DNA of 64,000 bases from Octopus sinensis (lineage: Eukaryota), in NCBI RefSeq assembly GCF_006345805.1, contig NC_042999.1, positions 87,978,001 to 88,042,000 of the forward strand, read 5' to 3'. Positions 38,803-52,182 of the stretch are shown one piece after another (position 1 is the first letter of the stretch; the number at the start of each line of letters is the position of its first letter). Below the pieces are notes generated by a model. That model ran no database searches, was not told where the DNA came from, and saw nothing but the letters and a program-made list of their open reading frames with translations. The position numbers and the translations under genes were made by a program.

Positions 38803-39143
38803 GAATGCATGTTTCCTTCGAGATTTAAAATCTTTCCTCTGCAGAATGTTTAAGTCGGTCACTAACATAGTGACAAGCACTTTAAATGAAATTTACCCAT
38901 AAAACTTGTGACTATACGAATTTGTTGGGGCGTTCATTCAAGTGTGTGGGAATGGGCATGGCTCTGGAGAATCCTCCTGATATCTTAGTAATTTACAATG
39001 TACTACTAATATATCACATTAAGAAAATGCGAATCACCAAGTTCTGTGGGTAAATTTCATTTAAAGTGCTTGTCACTATCTTAGTGACCGACTTAAACAT
39101 TCTGCAGAGGAAAGATTTTAAATCTCAAAGGAAACATGCATTC
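38803..39143. mobile_element. MITE-like element with ~106-bp TIRs
   Basis: 38803-38908 is the reverse complement of 39038-39143 with few mismatches; ~130-bp spacer. No clear TSD. Confidence 0.75.
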
Positions 39144-39148
39144 CCACA

Positions 39149-39530
39149 GACGCAGGAGTGGCTGTGTGGTAAGTAGCTTGTTTACCAACCACATGGTTCC
39201 GTGTTCAGTCCCACTGCGTGACACCTTGGGCAAGTGTCTTCTGCTATGGCCTCGGGCCGACCAAAGCCTTGCGAGTGGATTTGGTAGACGGAAACTGAAA
39301 GAAGCTCGTCGTATATATGCATATATATGCATGTGTGTGTTTGTGTGTCTGTGTTTGTCCCCCTAGCATTGCTTGACAACCGATGCTGGTGTGTTTATGT
39401 CCCCGTTACTTAGCGGTTCGGAAAAAGAGACCGATAGAATAAGTACTGGGCTTACAAAAGAATAAGTCCTGGCGTCGAGTTGCACGATTAAAGGCGGTGC
39501 TCTAGTAAAAGAGAGAGAGTAAAGAGAGTA
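39149..39530 (+). mobile_element. Full-length tRNA-derived SINE
   Basis: Head cgcaggagtggctgtgtggtaagtagcttg…ggttccgtgttcagtccc (A/B-box-like), an internal TA/TG tract, and a (gagtaaaa)-type tail. Confidence 0.9.
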
Positions 39531-39894
39531 TACATAGTTCCATTTGGGAAAATCCCAAAATTCAGGGTCTTTTATGCCTGTTGCTATACATAACCTATGT
39601 ATAAGAACAGTATAATTTTCATTAGTGCCCCATAGATTTTCCCCTTTCCTTAAATTTTCAACGGATAGTTTCGCATATCCCAGGAAATTGTTTACTAAAA
39701 CACTGCCTGTGCATTCATCTGTCTTCATGTGTATATGTGCATATATATGTATGTCACTATTCAGTTTATTTCAAGATTTCTTGCCAATAGAGAAAGAACC
39801 GGTTTCTAACCAAGATCAAGCTCCTTCATTGGAATTTCAACATAAAAAACAGGGTATCTTTGCATGTATGTATGCATGCATGTATGTATGTATG

Positions 39895-39928
<34 letters not shown>

Positions 39929-40055
39929 TGTATGTATGTATGTATGTATGTATGTATGTATGTATGTATGAATGTATGTATGTATGTATGTAGGTATGTG
40001 CAGATTTGTATGTTTTATGCATGTATTCTCACGCATATGGTTACATATCTAGACA

Positions 40056-40101
<46 letters not shown>

Positions 40102-42024
40102 AAAGTTTATTATCCAACAGAATGTGGCAGTCTTATACAAGGACGATGTTACTGTTGTTTAGCTTCAGGAAAAATCTTTTCCAGCTGGCTGTCGACACAC
40201 AGTTTGTGTCCGTATAGTGTAAGCAAGGGAGGTCATCGCTCCCATCACTACCCCTACGTGATACTCATATGTATGCGCACGCACACACACATATAGTTAT
40301 ATGTGTATGGGCATTTATATTTGTATGTATAAGCACGCACGTGGACACACTCATACACATAACATATATGGACGGTATATACAATTATGTAACCCATGAA
40401 ACTAGAGGCGAGTTTTATATAGCTGAAAAGCCTTAGTGAAATATGAAATTAAAATATCTTAATATATATGAGTATATTTCCACAAAGATTTCAAACTTTG
40501 ATTTCATAAATCCTAATTGAATATATTGACGTCTTCACATTCTTTGCAGCCTGTGAACATCGTGATTTGTTAAGTTATGCCAGTTCATATGCTTTTAACT
40601 TGGCACAGAATATTTCATTCACGTTTCGTACATCTTGAATAAATCAGTTCCTTAAGACTCGCTATTTTGGTGAATGTACACAGGCCTTCAGAAAACGCTG
40701 AGTCGTATATTACACGAAATACTCTCAGATATTCATCGAAATTTGTCGAATAGTATATATCTCGTTGCAGTGTCACAAGTAAATAATTCTTCATCGTGCT
40801 ATGAACCAAGATAAATTATATCCTCTAACCATTTCAGGTTATTGAATTTGACCAAACATTGCAATTAAGACAAATGTGTTTACTGAATCAGCAATTAATT
40901 TGTCCTACAGAATCGGACCAACAGGAAATTTACGAAATTTAGTATTGCTTGCACATGTCTCCACACACACAAAATATTGCATTTTGCATATATATATATA
41001 TTATATATATATATATATACAGACACACACACATATTTACATATATGTGTACGTGTGTATATATATGTATGCATTTATCCATAAGCGTGAATTATATACA
41101 TAAGTATTATAACGTAATATTGAGCAAATCAGCATGGCCTAGCACAATATTAAAAAAAAAATCTTGCCACTAAAATATACTAACATATAATTATAACCAA
41201 ATTTCAAAGTTCTTACTGTTATGCAGAAAATAATAATGACTGTCCTTGTAAAAATAGTTTCATTATGTAACAAAAACGGGTGATATATATAAGCTCACCC
41301 CAAAAGAATGTAATTTGGAATTTGTAAATAACAATCCAAACGATTACATTGTTTTGTCTTATCTTTTGTCTCATATAAATGTTATACGCAATGTAGGCTT
41401 TCTTTTAATTCTATTTGTCATAGCAGGTTCTAAATGTCGAGCAAAATTTGCCCTTACTGATGTTTGCAGACGTGTAAAACTTATCTGAAAAATCTAATTG
41501 AGTATTTAGTGCCAGGACTGCGAAAGGTCAGAATCTGTAAGTTCATAAAATATGATGTCTACTATATTTTGCAAGTATTATTTGGTAATTTTTGAAAACA
41601 TAATCTTTTACAACAAAGTAATCACTCGACGTGCAGAGTTTCTGACTAAACGTGATTTATTAAAACTAGGATTAAAATAAACTTTACGCGCATACTTTCC
41701 AAAACATAAATTTTCCTTCTACATATCTTTAGACGTTCCTATTTGTATAAAGTAATATAAGGTTGCATTGCTTTTAGCATACTCGATAAGAGTACTTCTA
41801 CCGTGTGTGGAGATGAATGCTCTTGAAATGGATTTATTACCGCACCACCTTATTTCAGGACATTTTCTTACTTTAGAGCTGAAACATTTTAAAGATATTT
41901 AAAGATACATTGGTATGCATGCATATATGCACATATATATGTCTATACATGTATGTATAATCTGTGTGTGTGTGTGTGTGTGAGTTTATATAGGTATTTA
42001 TATATGTGTATATATATTTGTATA

Positions 42025-42052
42025 CTAGCAGAGATACCTGGCTTTGCTCGGT
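42025..42052 (-). mobile_element. Helitron-like 3' terminus
   Basis: Minus strand reads taccgagcaaagccaggtatctctgCTAG|T. Confidence 0.5.
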
Positions 42053-44904
42053 ATTAAAATGGCATAGTTTCTATATTTGAAACATGTCATATGGGAAAGT
42101 GCAGCATTGACAACAAAGCATTTCTGGAGTAAATGGTGGGCTTATTCGACTAAGCAACATGCTATGTATCCGTTTGGAGCATTTCAGGCCCTAATCTGTC
42201 GTGTAAAATTGCAAATATTTCAACGGCGTTCACTCCTTTCTACTATCTTGTCGATCTCTATATTTATTACTTCGCCTTTTCCTTAAATTTCTGTTTATTT
42301 TTTAATGAATATTGCCCACTTTTCTTTACTTTCTATGCATCCCAGTAATTTTTCGTTCTGATTGTTAGTCAATTAGTTTTTTCCTTCTCATTTCCACTAA
42401 CATTGTGTATGTCTTTGTAATTGCATATATATTCTTTCAAACCATCGGCTCTTTTGCGCTCCCTCCTCAATTATCTCTTAATTTATCTGGACTGACCCTC
42501 ACCTCCTCCCCCCAATTTCAACTTAGCTGGCTCATCATAGAAACTTTGATCCGCTTCTTTTCACCTCACTATTCTACATATCCACCAGCTCATCTGCCAC
42601 CTCTTCTTTCCTCACATCAACCGTTCATCATAACTTCCATCTCTTACGGACAATCTTATGCTCGTGATATTAAGGCCTTCTTAGTCTCTCACCTACAACA
42701 TGGCGACAGTGTCCTTAACGTTATATACTTCAATATTTATAGGAATAAATTCTAAGAACTAAAGTCTTATATTTGTACTGATGAATCGTAAACTCATTCA
42801 GTATGTCAGATAAATTTTCAGTTGTTTCAGACGAACTTGCATCGAAGGAGTTTCATCCGGAACCGTCACATTTCCTATTTTCAAAAGTATATTTAAGATC
42901 ACACCAACCATTGTGTCCTTTCTTTACCGGGATTGATTCGAGAATGATTTGACTGCTTGAACTTCCTTGTTCGAATTGTTCAAGGTTATGATATGTTTGT
43001 TACACTACCACTAACACAGTGAACAAGTAACTCACATTAATTTACATGGAGTTGAAATCCAATGAAAACAAAAACCCTGCGAAGCTAATTTCCGTTCTCG
43101 TTCCTAAATAACATGATAGGTGCACCTTCCATTACTTCCCTATAAATTCTGTATTCATTAACCATATCTCGCTACTATGTTGTTCCATATAGATTACACA
43201 TGCTACACACAAGAGAATCTCTTTCGCTTTAGATACATTTCTAGGAAGAATAGTATTAGCTCTATTTGTATAGCGTTAATTCTGTGTGGTAGTTAACACA
43301 CGTATTATGGAACACAATGTTACTTCAATAAGCTTTTCTTAGATATCTTAATTGTTGTAATTACTAGTGTGTGCGTACATGTCGCGAGCATAATTCCTTT
43401 AGTTTCTTCTAAATGGTGTCTCTGACGCATGAAACACTTTTATGAATTTTCAAAGAACATTCGCGTATATTCAATTTAGCTTCTACATAGGTGAAGCTTT
43501 GTATGAGACCAATCGACAGCTGATAGATTAAAATAAGCTAATGATTGCAGTTCTTGAAATCTCTTGCCAATGTAGGTATAATATACTATCATTAGTATTC
43601 TATTACTAAACTATTATATGTAGCTGAAAATGAAGTAAGTTGGTCAGCATGATAAATCTCTCATCCTCATGTTTCTAAATCGATACATATTGAATGGCCG
43701 TTATTATACTGAATACATTTTCTAATGAAACGCATTGAGTGGAATAAATGAAAATACGAAAATAAAGATTGAAACCCTTGGCTTCAATAAAAGGGATTTC
43801 AAATTTAAACACAAGGCCAGAAATTTTGAAGAAAAATTCTAGTCAATTATTTCGCCTCCAGTACTTAACTGGCTTTATTTTAAAGACGTCAGAACAATGA
43901 AAACCGAAGTCGACCCTGACAGTTTTGGAACACAAGGGATTGTAAGTAAATACTGCAACAACGTCTTTTGTCCGTTCGCTTGATATTAGCAGCAGCCTAC
44001 CAAGCTGCAGTAACAATGTATACAGTATAAATATAGCATTTATAGATATATCACATGTAAGCGCTAACGCTGATATAAAACAAAAGAAATATTAAAACGA
44101 ATTATAAAGAAAACAACTTACAAATACATATATGCAGGCATTAGCATACTCGCACACATACACACACATGCAGAAGACATCACAGGGAACCATAACATAA
44201 ATATTTTTAAAAAATTAGCTTGTTGCTTCTTTTCAAATATTCAAAATGCAGTAAACAATGGGAGAAGGAGAAAACCATATGTTATTTTTCCACATGTTAT
44301 ATACGAGTGTTTATAATTCTTTTTTTCGTAAATAGAATCTAATCTATGCTTATCTACAACGACAATGTACAAGAAATTACTTTGAAAAGTGAATTCAAAT
44401 GCAACGGATGCCGGAGTTGCTGAATATGTGAATATTATGTCAATTATAAATAGAAAACGGTTTCAGGATTTAGACTCAAAGCCAGCTATTTTGAGGTGTG
44501 TTCATCCGGAAGATATAAAAAACAACGTTGACCTAGGCTAGATGTGAACTCACAGATTAAAGATATTTCTCCCGACGCCCTAAACAGTTTATCAGCTCGC
44601 TGCCTTATGAATGATTGCTTTATATATTGTCACGAGGCCATTGGAGAGGGAAATTTCCAGGACGTAATTTGTCACATTTGTGCATTGTCGTAACTTTCTC
44701 CTTGAACATATTGTCTACAGAGCCATCATTGTTGTGGGTGATGGGTAGATTTTACCATAAAGATAAATGGAAATCCTTTTGACTTTGGGTCAAAATAAGG
44801 GGGTATCTAGGAGGCGATGGAACGAACAAACTATGTGAAATACGAAGATATCTATATTTGTTTTAGTGGATGGCGTTGTATTAATTCAAATATGAATGAG
44901 AAGC

Positions 44905-45350
44905 AGCCCAAGGAATATAAACAATACAAACAATATCGAACACATATACCCAAGGAATATAAACAATACAAACAATATCGAACACATATACACAAGGCAT
45001 ATGTATTGCCAGTTCGTATGCAGGCCGCGATTTATAGGTATGGCAGAAAATTTTCTCGTCAATACGTCTGGTGTAAAAACACCTAGAAGTCATAGACAAG
45101 CGAGATAACTCTTCCCAAGTCCTGTTGAAGTTGTGACTTATCAATATCACGTACCCAAAACGAGGCCAAACTTAAACTAAATCGCTCGCTATTGCTATAT
45201 GCAAAATGACGTGAAAACCATGTGTCGGTACACCAGCTCATGGTTCTTATCCCAGGCGTATTAACGAAAAGTTTTCTCTCATGCCTATAAATCGCGGCCT
45301 GCCTACGAACTGTAAATATGTGTTCGATATTGGTTAGTTTTGTATTAGTT
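44905..45350. mobile_element. Diverged MITE-like inverted repeat with a 42-bp tandem duplication
   Basis: About 44960-45080 matches the reverse complement of about 45240-45350 (shared gcaggccgcgatttatagg). cccaaggaatataaacaatacaaacaatatcgaacacatata is duplicated. Confidence 0.65.
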
Positions 45351-48300
45351 TTGGCAGTGGAAGATGCAGATAATTTTTCTAGTTGTAACAGGTATGCTAT
45401 TAGCCTGTTGGTTAACATATTTGATTATTTGTAAGCTATAAAGCGATATACCTAAGGAGATGGTCATGATTGCAATTAATTCATTTAAATAGTTTAGTGC
45501 TATTTGACGAGCTCATGCTTCCTTTCCTTTACTGCTACCAAAGGGGGCTGGCAGAGATCCGTTTATAAAACCATGAAGCAATACAGTGAAAGACATGTCA
45601 AGTCATATAAGTTTTAGCTGTCTAGTTAACTTTTACGAATAAGTAAAGGGTCAAGTACATTTGCTTCTATATAAATTCATCATAAATCTCCAATCATAAC
45701 TTAACTTGAAGTTCTGAAGGTTGGGGGTTAGGTCGTTTGTAAATTTTTAAAAATAGTATTGAATAAACTATTTGGTCTATCCGTTAAATTCAAAGGCTGT
45801 GATATTTTCACAGATGTATTTTGTGGCGTGGTCAAGAATTATTTGAACTTGTGTATACCTTTAAGTAATGAAACTTAACCAGTAATGAGACGTAACCAGT
45901 AAAAATGTGAACTTAGAACTCAAAAGAACAATACTCAAAGATCGACGTTCTCAATTCAAAATGGGAAATAGTCAAACAGTTGCAGTTAAGAGAGTTTTAA
46001 GAGCCATAGATGCATCTGCATAATTTAGAGGCACGCAAAATGGAGACTTTGTTACCTAACTGAAAGTGCTGGTAAAACTGGATTTTAGAGCGATGATATA
46101 CCACGGGCAGCAAAGATATGGATAAAAATAAAAAAATTGGCGTCTCACTTAGAAACAGAACGAGTGGTTTGTATATTAGTAAGAGCTGATGGCCTCTATT
46201 CTGGTTAAGATTTGTATAAGATTTAAATTAGACCGCGTATGCAAAAACACAATAATAGAGAAGGATAACTCAACGGTTATAATATTGGATAGACACTAAA
46301 GTTGGCTAAATGTAAAAGTAAAAGTCTAGAAGTGATATAAATTGCTAAAAACAACTTCTCACGAAGAATCAATTGAATGAACTAACATCCTGAACTGTGA
46401 AAAACGCATTCTTTCATAATTTAAGCTAAATCTTTAAATGTTATTTTGGCGAGATTAGATTTCACTTCTTTTAGTGTTGCTGATCATGTTTGACAGTGTA
46501 GTTGGTTTAGAACTGTGAAACATAATGCAATGGATGACTAATAGTAAGTAGATAATTGTAGAGTGAGGAAAAAAGATTTAGGTGGAAGAATGGTTAATTC
46601 TTCCAAGTGTTCTTTTGTTCTCTCTATAGTTATCTACTTACTATCAGTCGTTCATTGAATTATGTTTCAGAGTTCTAAACTCAGAACGCCGTCAAACACG
46701 ATCGGCAACACTAAGTGTAGATAAGGCTGATACCACCAGGTTTAGCTTAAACAATTAGCTTAAATGATAAGCATGTGAGACCGTTTATTGTATACAAACC
46801 AAAGTTAGATAATAAAATACTATCCATGCCTATGAATGTTATGCTGATTCAAGAGGGAAAGATTTGGCAAATATTGCAGTCGAGAAATTTCAGAGACATG
46901 GCGATGCATATGTTAGCCTGGCTGCCAGAATATCATAAGCAATGAAAACCAAAGTTGATTTATTTATTTATATTTGATTGTAACAGTAGCAAGTCTGAAG
47001 CTATGAAGCTGATGTAGAAAACAAGTATAGGATATTTAATGGCAAGTTTGATTAGAAATCGAAACATATAGCTATAGCTATTTTAGATGTGTGCCTTCTT
47101 TATACTCTTTTTGCAGTAAGTCAATATTGCAAAAGAGTTTAGCATTTGCGGAATGCGTTTACATCCTGACATAGCAATGGTTTATTTCTTTGCAAACTGT
47201 TATGGAATTATGAGCTTTTGTGTCTAAAAGGAAGGGTCGAATTAAGTCATGCGAATGTTATTATAAGCTTTTCGTATTTTTTAAAATTCTTTTGTAGCTT
47301 TATACATGAAACAGGATCTTGTTTAAGCTATTCAGTAAAAATAGTGATTCTCTGACTAACTGGACTGCCTGAAAGTAAGAAATGTTTAGCAAAAGGAAAA
47401 GAATAGAGAAAATAAGGATAATAAAATTTCAGCTGAATTTTTCTGAAGTTTATAATATTCAGAAAGATTATTCATATAAATTCTACTTAGCTGTTATTGT
47501 TTCTGACTCTACTTCATATTTTAGTAATGTTTTTCTTTTTTCTATTTTCATTTTTCTTTTTACTTAAATCGCTTCGTATCAGGTTTTCGATTTTTCCATA
47601 AAAACTTAATATGATATGACTACAGATAGAGTTGCATGATCAATGATCGACTGTATTGATATTGACATAGGCTGCATATTGTGGTCATCTAAATCTCCTG
47701 TCCATTTTAAATCTCTGAACTCAACTCTGCAAAATAATCCAAAATATTATTTATATAAACCAGATGTTCTAAAGAAAGATTACATTTACATGCAAATTTT
47801 ATTACAAAGTTTGAATATCAGTTCCAGGTATAGATATAATTTCAATCAATCTTCTACGAAAAATAATTGCACAAAATTAAGCTTTCTAGAAATCTAAAGC
47901 ATCTATTACTAGAGATGTAATTTACAAGCTAGGCACCGTATAAAATCGTTAGAATTTAAATTTTATATTTGAAATATTATTTCTAATATTATTTCTTGCC
48001 AGTTACTACCAACGAGACTGAGTTCAACTGAATATTACTCCATTTAAATAGTCAATGAAAACAGAATAATCTGTTTGCATTGAATATTTCTGAATATAAT
48101 TATCCTATCTTTGGCGGTAATATATTTTCTGAATGTATCTAAAATTGTTAAACTTTCAAATATTTTATACCAATATTCTAATTTATTCGAACATATAATG
48201 AGAATTGTATTTTCCTCTTGGGAATTTTCTAATTTCAATCAATGTATATTTAAAAATTAACCAGCTATTTATTTTCATTGCAATAATTTAAACATTAATG

Positions 48301-49696
48301 ATTCGTGGGAATAAAACATTTCAGAGCAGTCATTCATATGTGTGTTTCTTTTGTTAATACCCAGGTCAGCTCCGATCGAGCAGGTTTATGATTAATGATA
48401 TTACTGGCATTCCAAATGTAACCTCTCTGTCTTTTAGTAAATGTTCGATTACATAGTCCTATGTATTATTCTTTTATTAAGCAACAGGTTTTGATATGAG
48501 GAAAATAACTCCCTTCTTTAGCGACTGGCAGAGTAGCTTGTGAAATCTTTGGAGAAAAGAAGTGGCAAAATGATTGACTGATTCCTGATTTAATATTTTT
48601 TTTATCTGAGAGAACTTTGAAAACAAAGAATTTGTTTTGCCGCTATAATGGTTTGTTACTCCAGAGAAATTACTGACCAGTGGGAGTTGAACTGTATACA
48701 CTAATAATTAAAACAACTATTCACTGTGTATCGCTTGTGTCAGTATACTGTTCCTCTTATAGAACTTATTGTTCACTAATTCACGCATTGATATTGCTTA
48801 CAGTTGAATCACATGTAGAGATGCATAGCTAATAATATTGTTTGGCATTGACATTTCCTTGGGTTGAACCTACTGCGTTGGACCTTAGTCGGAATGCTTT
48901 TACAATAATTTCATGTTGGCCACATTTCGGAGAATTTTGTTCTGTATGTGTCTTTGCTTATTTGTTTGTTTGTGTGCATGTGTGTGTGAGTATGCATAGT
49001 CAAAGACATAAATACACACACACACACACACACACGATTTGATGTGTATAAAGAAAATAAGACAGGGTAGAAAATACTAAAATGATTTTATCATGAAGAA
49101 AATTTTAGTAACCGGTTTCAGTTTTTGCGACTTCTTCAACTTAGGTTAAATCATGAAAAAAAATTAAATTCAGGAAAAAATAAATGGAATGTTTCTTTCT
49201 AAATATTTCAATAGTTTTCAAATGCAAGGGACATTTTCCTTTTTCTGTCTGTCCCTGTCTCGCTTTGTTACTCATGTGAGTTCTTGATAGTGGGCAGCAA
49301 GTGGTAGTAGTAGTAGTAGTAGTAGTCCTAATATTTGATATGGATTCTTGATTTTAATTGTTTAAGCAGCAGTAGTAGCTGGGAAAGGAGGCGGCTGTGG
49401 CGGCGAAGAAGAAAAAGAAGAAGAGAAAGAATAATAAAAATGCGCGAGGGACGATGCAACCTGTTGTCAGCGCATTAGTGAAGCGTCATACTTTATCACA
49501 AAATATAAACCCCTTTTAAATGTGTCCACCACAAATGACACTACTACAAGAGCCTTAGAATAATACCCACGCTAATATTAAAAACGACATATTCAGAACA
49601 GTCACGACCTATGAATTTATTCAGAACAATTCTAATCACTACTGCTACAACCACAACGGGTCACCAACATGCTACTATTGTCATACTACACCCGCA

Positions 49697-49845
49697 TTCT
49701 TCTTCTTCTTCTTCTTCTTCTTCTTCTTCTTCTTCTTCTTCTTCTTCTTCTTCTTCTTCTTCTTCTTCTTCTTCTTCTTCTTCTTCTTCTTCTTCTTCTT
49801 CTTCTTCTTCTTCTTCTTCTTCTTTTTCTTCTTCTGCTTCTTCTC
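49697..49845. repeat. (CTT)n microsatellite
   Basis: Direct reading. Confidence 0.95.
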
Positions 49846-50166
49846 CTTCGCCGCACACTTTCTCAATTACTACTGGTGCTTAAAAAATCAAAACAAGAAT
49901 TCATATCAAATATTAGAACTACTACTACTACCTGCTGCCCACTACTCAGAACTCACATGAGTAAAAAAAAGAGAGTCTAAGTTGAAAAAGTTGCAAAGTC
50001 TGAAACCGGTAGTAAAATGTTTATTTTAGCATGTACTACCTTGTTTTACTTTCCTTATATACATACATATATATATATAATATAAGTCGAGACAAAACCA
50101 CTATTTTGCAAAACAAGGAAAGACTTAATCAATACATAAAAATTTTTAATATAAAGAAATAAACCG

Positions 50167-50209
50167 CCACTACAATCGTTTCATGTCTTCAATGACATTC
50201 GTCAGGTGG
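50167..50209 (-). ncRNA. Minimal type I hammerhead ribozyme, intact
   Basis: Exact reverse complement of 50283-50325. Confidence 0.85.
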
Positions 50210-50282
50210 ATTTTCGATCTCCTAATCTGTTTTAATTTATGAAATGACTTCATAAATTAAAACAGATTAGGAGATCGAAAAT

Positions 50283-50325
50283 CCACCTGACGAATGTCAT
50301 TGAAGACATGAAACGATTGTAGTGG
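50283..50325 (+). ncRNA. Minimal type I hammerhead ribozyme, intact
   Basis: CCAC CTGACGA ATGTC attgaa GACAT GAAA C gatt G T A GTGG. All core nucleotides are present and stems I, II and III all pair. Predicted cleavage after A50321 (GUA). Confidence 0.85.
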
Positions 50326-50514
50326 CGGTTTATTTATTTATATTAAAAATTTTTATGTATTGATTAAGTCTTTCCTTGTTTGTTTTGCAAAATAGTGGTT
50401 TTGTCTCGAATTATATTATATAATATTTTACTATAAAATTGGATTTAATCCTAAATCTGATTTTTCCCTGTAAATTTGGATTTATTCCCTAATATTTATT
50501 ATTATTATTATTAG

Positions 50515-50575
<61 letters not shown>

Positions 50576-50925
50576 AATGCATATATGGGTCCAGGACGTC
50601 ACCAAAAGGAAACAACATGAAATACGAAAACAAAAGAGTTCAATACGGAAACAATGAGAGAAACAAATAGAAAACAAGACAAGTAACATAGAGAAAGCCC
50701 CTCCATCAGTTGTCAGCTGTCTATGTACTCCTCATTTCAAGCATTGAACGATATGAGTTTTCGAAGACATAAGTACCAAAATAAAATTTAGGATTTCTGG
50801 AGGGTCAAATTTGGGAACAAAAACAGGATAGTGGAGACATACAATGAAACCGAACGCAACAAACGTGGAGGGTGATATATATATATATATGGGCTTTCCC
50901 CACTTTCGCCCCCCACCTCCCCACA

Positions 50926-51060
50926 ACATCACACCACACTACACTACACTACACTACACCATACGACACTACACTACACTACACCATACGACATTACACT
51001 ACACGACATTACACCATACTACACCATACTACACTACACCATACGACATTTCACATCACA
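50926..51060. repeat. Pentanucleotide-based minisatellite (ACACT/ACCAT/ACGAC)
   Basis: Direct reading. Confidence 0.85.
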
Positions 51061-51924
51061 TCATACATACATACATACACACGTCCAGACCTTTCATACG
51101 CACATACATACACTCTTATACACACACGCACCCTAATGTTGGGGCGAGGTCACTTGACCCTGTTATCTCCCCTACTATCCCCCTAGCGTCTAACGTCTGA
51201 TCTCTGAAATCAGAACGACATGTTGAATCGTTAGCTCCTGTACATTATATATATGTACATTGTGTATATATATATATATATATATATGAACATTGTATAT
51301 ATATATGTACATTATATATATATATATATGCAAGCACAGATATATACACATGTAATATATATATGCATACAAATATATGTACACTTATATGTATGGATAG
51401 ATGTCTTCTTTGACTATATATACGCCAATGTACGCGCACACAAGGCACACACAATATCACAATGCGATCTCCAAAGTGTCCGTCACAAAAGTATGTGCAA
51501 ACTGCATTACTCAATCAAAAATTATTATAGGAGGAACTAACTCGAAACCAAGAAGACGTGAATGCCAAGTAAATTTCTTAACCATGCAGTTTTAAATATG
51601 ATTCCAGTGTCACCAATATCAATGTATGCATTAGTGATAAATAACTTTTATGATGACGAACACCACAGGGATAGAGAAAAGAGGACACAGTAAATTTGCT
51701 TCATTCCCCTGTGTGCTAAGCTCAACTCCCCTTAGTGTGCAACCAATCTGGTGCAGAGAACCATCATGACTACAATCAAATAAAATTTTGTGTAGGTTTT
51801 CAATGATTCCTCTGTCGGAAAAATATAATCACACATCCGTCACTTTTATTTGCACTTCTTATCTCTAAGGATTTTGCAATTTTACAAGGTTGACAGAGTT
51901 GCACAGCCAATCGCAAAGGACAGA

Positions 51925-51975
<51 letters not shown>

Positions 51976-51990
51976 CTATCTATCTATCTA

Positions 51991-52023
<33 letters not shown>

Positions 52024-52132
52024 GCCTGCCTGTCTGTCTGCCTCTCTGTCTGTCTATCTCTCCCCTCTCTCTCTATATATGTAAATGTCCTAGAAATGTC
52101 ACACTATTCTGGCCTTGTTATCTCATTTCATT

Positions 52133-52179
<47 letters not shown>

Positions 52180-52182
<3 letters not shown>

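Larger units (their letters stand above)
50075..50490 (+). mobile_element. Palindromic hammerhead-bearing element (~170-bp arms, 5-bp spacer, unique 3' tail)
   Basis: 50075-50243 is the reverse complement of 50249-50421 (one 4-bp indel, about 2 substitutions); spacer atgac. The tail 50422-50490 is shared with the 35.2-kb element. Confidence 0.85.

Noticed and set aside
43624-43634. 11-nt microexon-like tgtag|CTGAAAATGAA|gtaagt
   Set aside because: Too short to distinguish from chance without transcript data.
44905-44991. Short direct repeats superficially like a CRISPR array
   Set aside because: It is a simple 42-bp tandem duplication with no spacers, in a eukaryotic context with no cas genes.
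45950-46330. Faint RTE-like RT C-terminal similarity
   Set aside because: Too degenerate to support as a feature by eye.
50700-50725. CTGATGG-AGGG on the minus strand in a PLE-tail-like repeat
   Set aside because: No matching GAAAC or stem III downstream.
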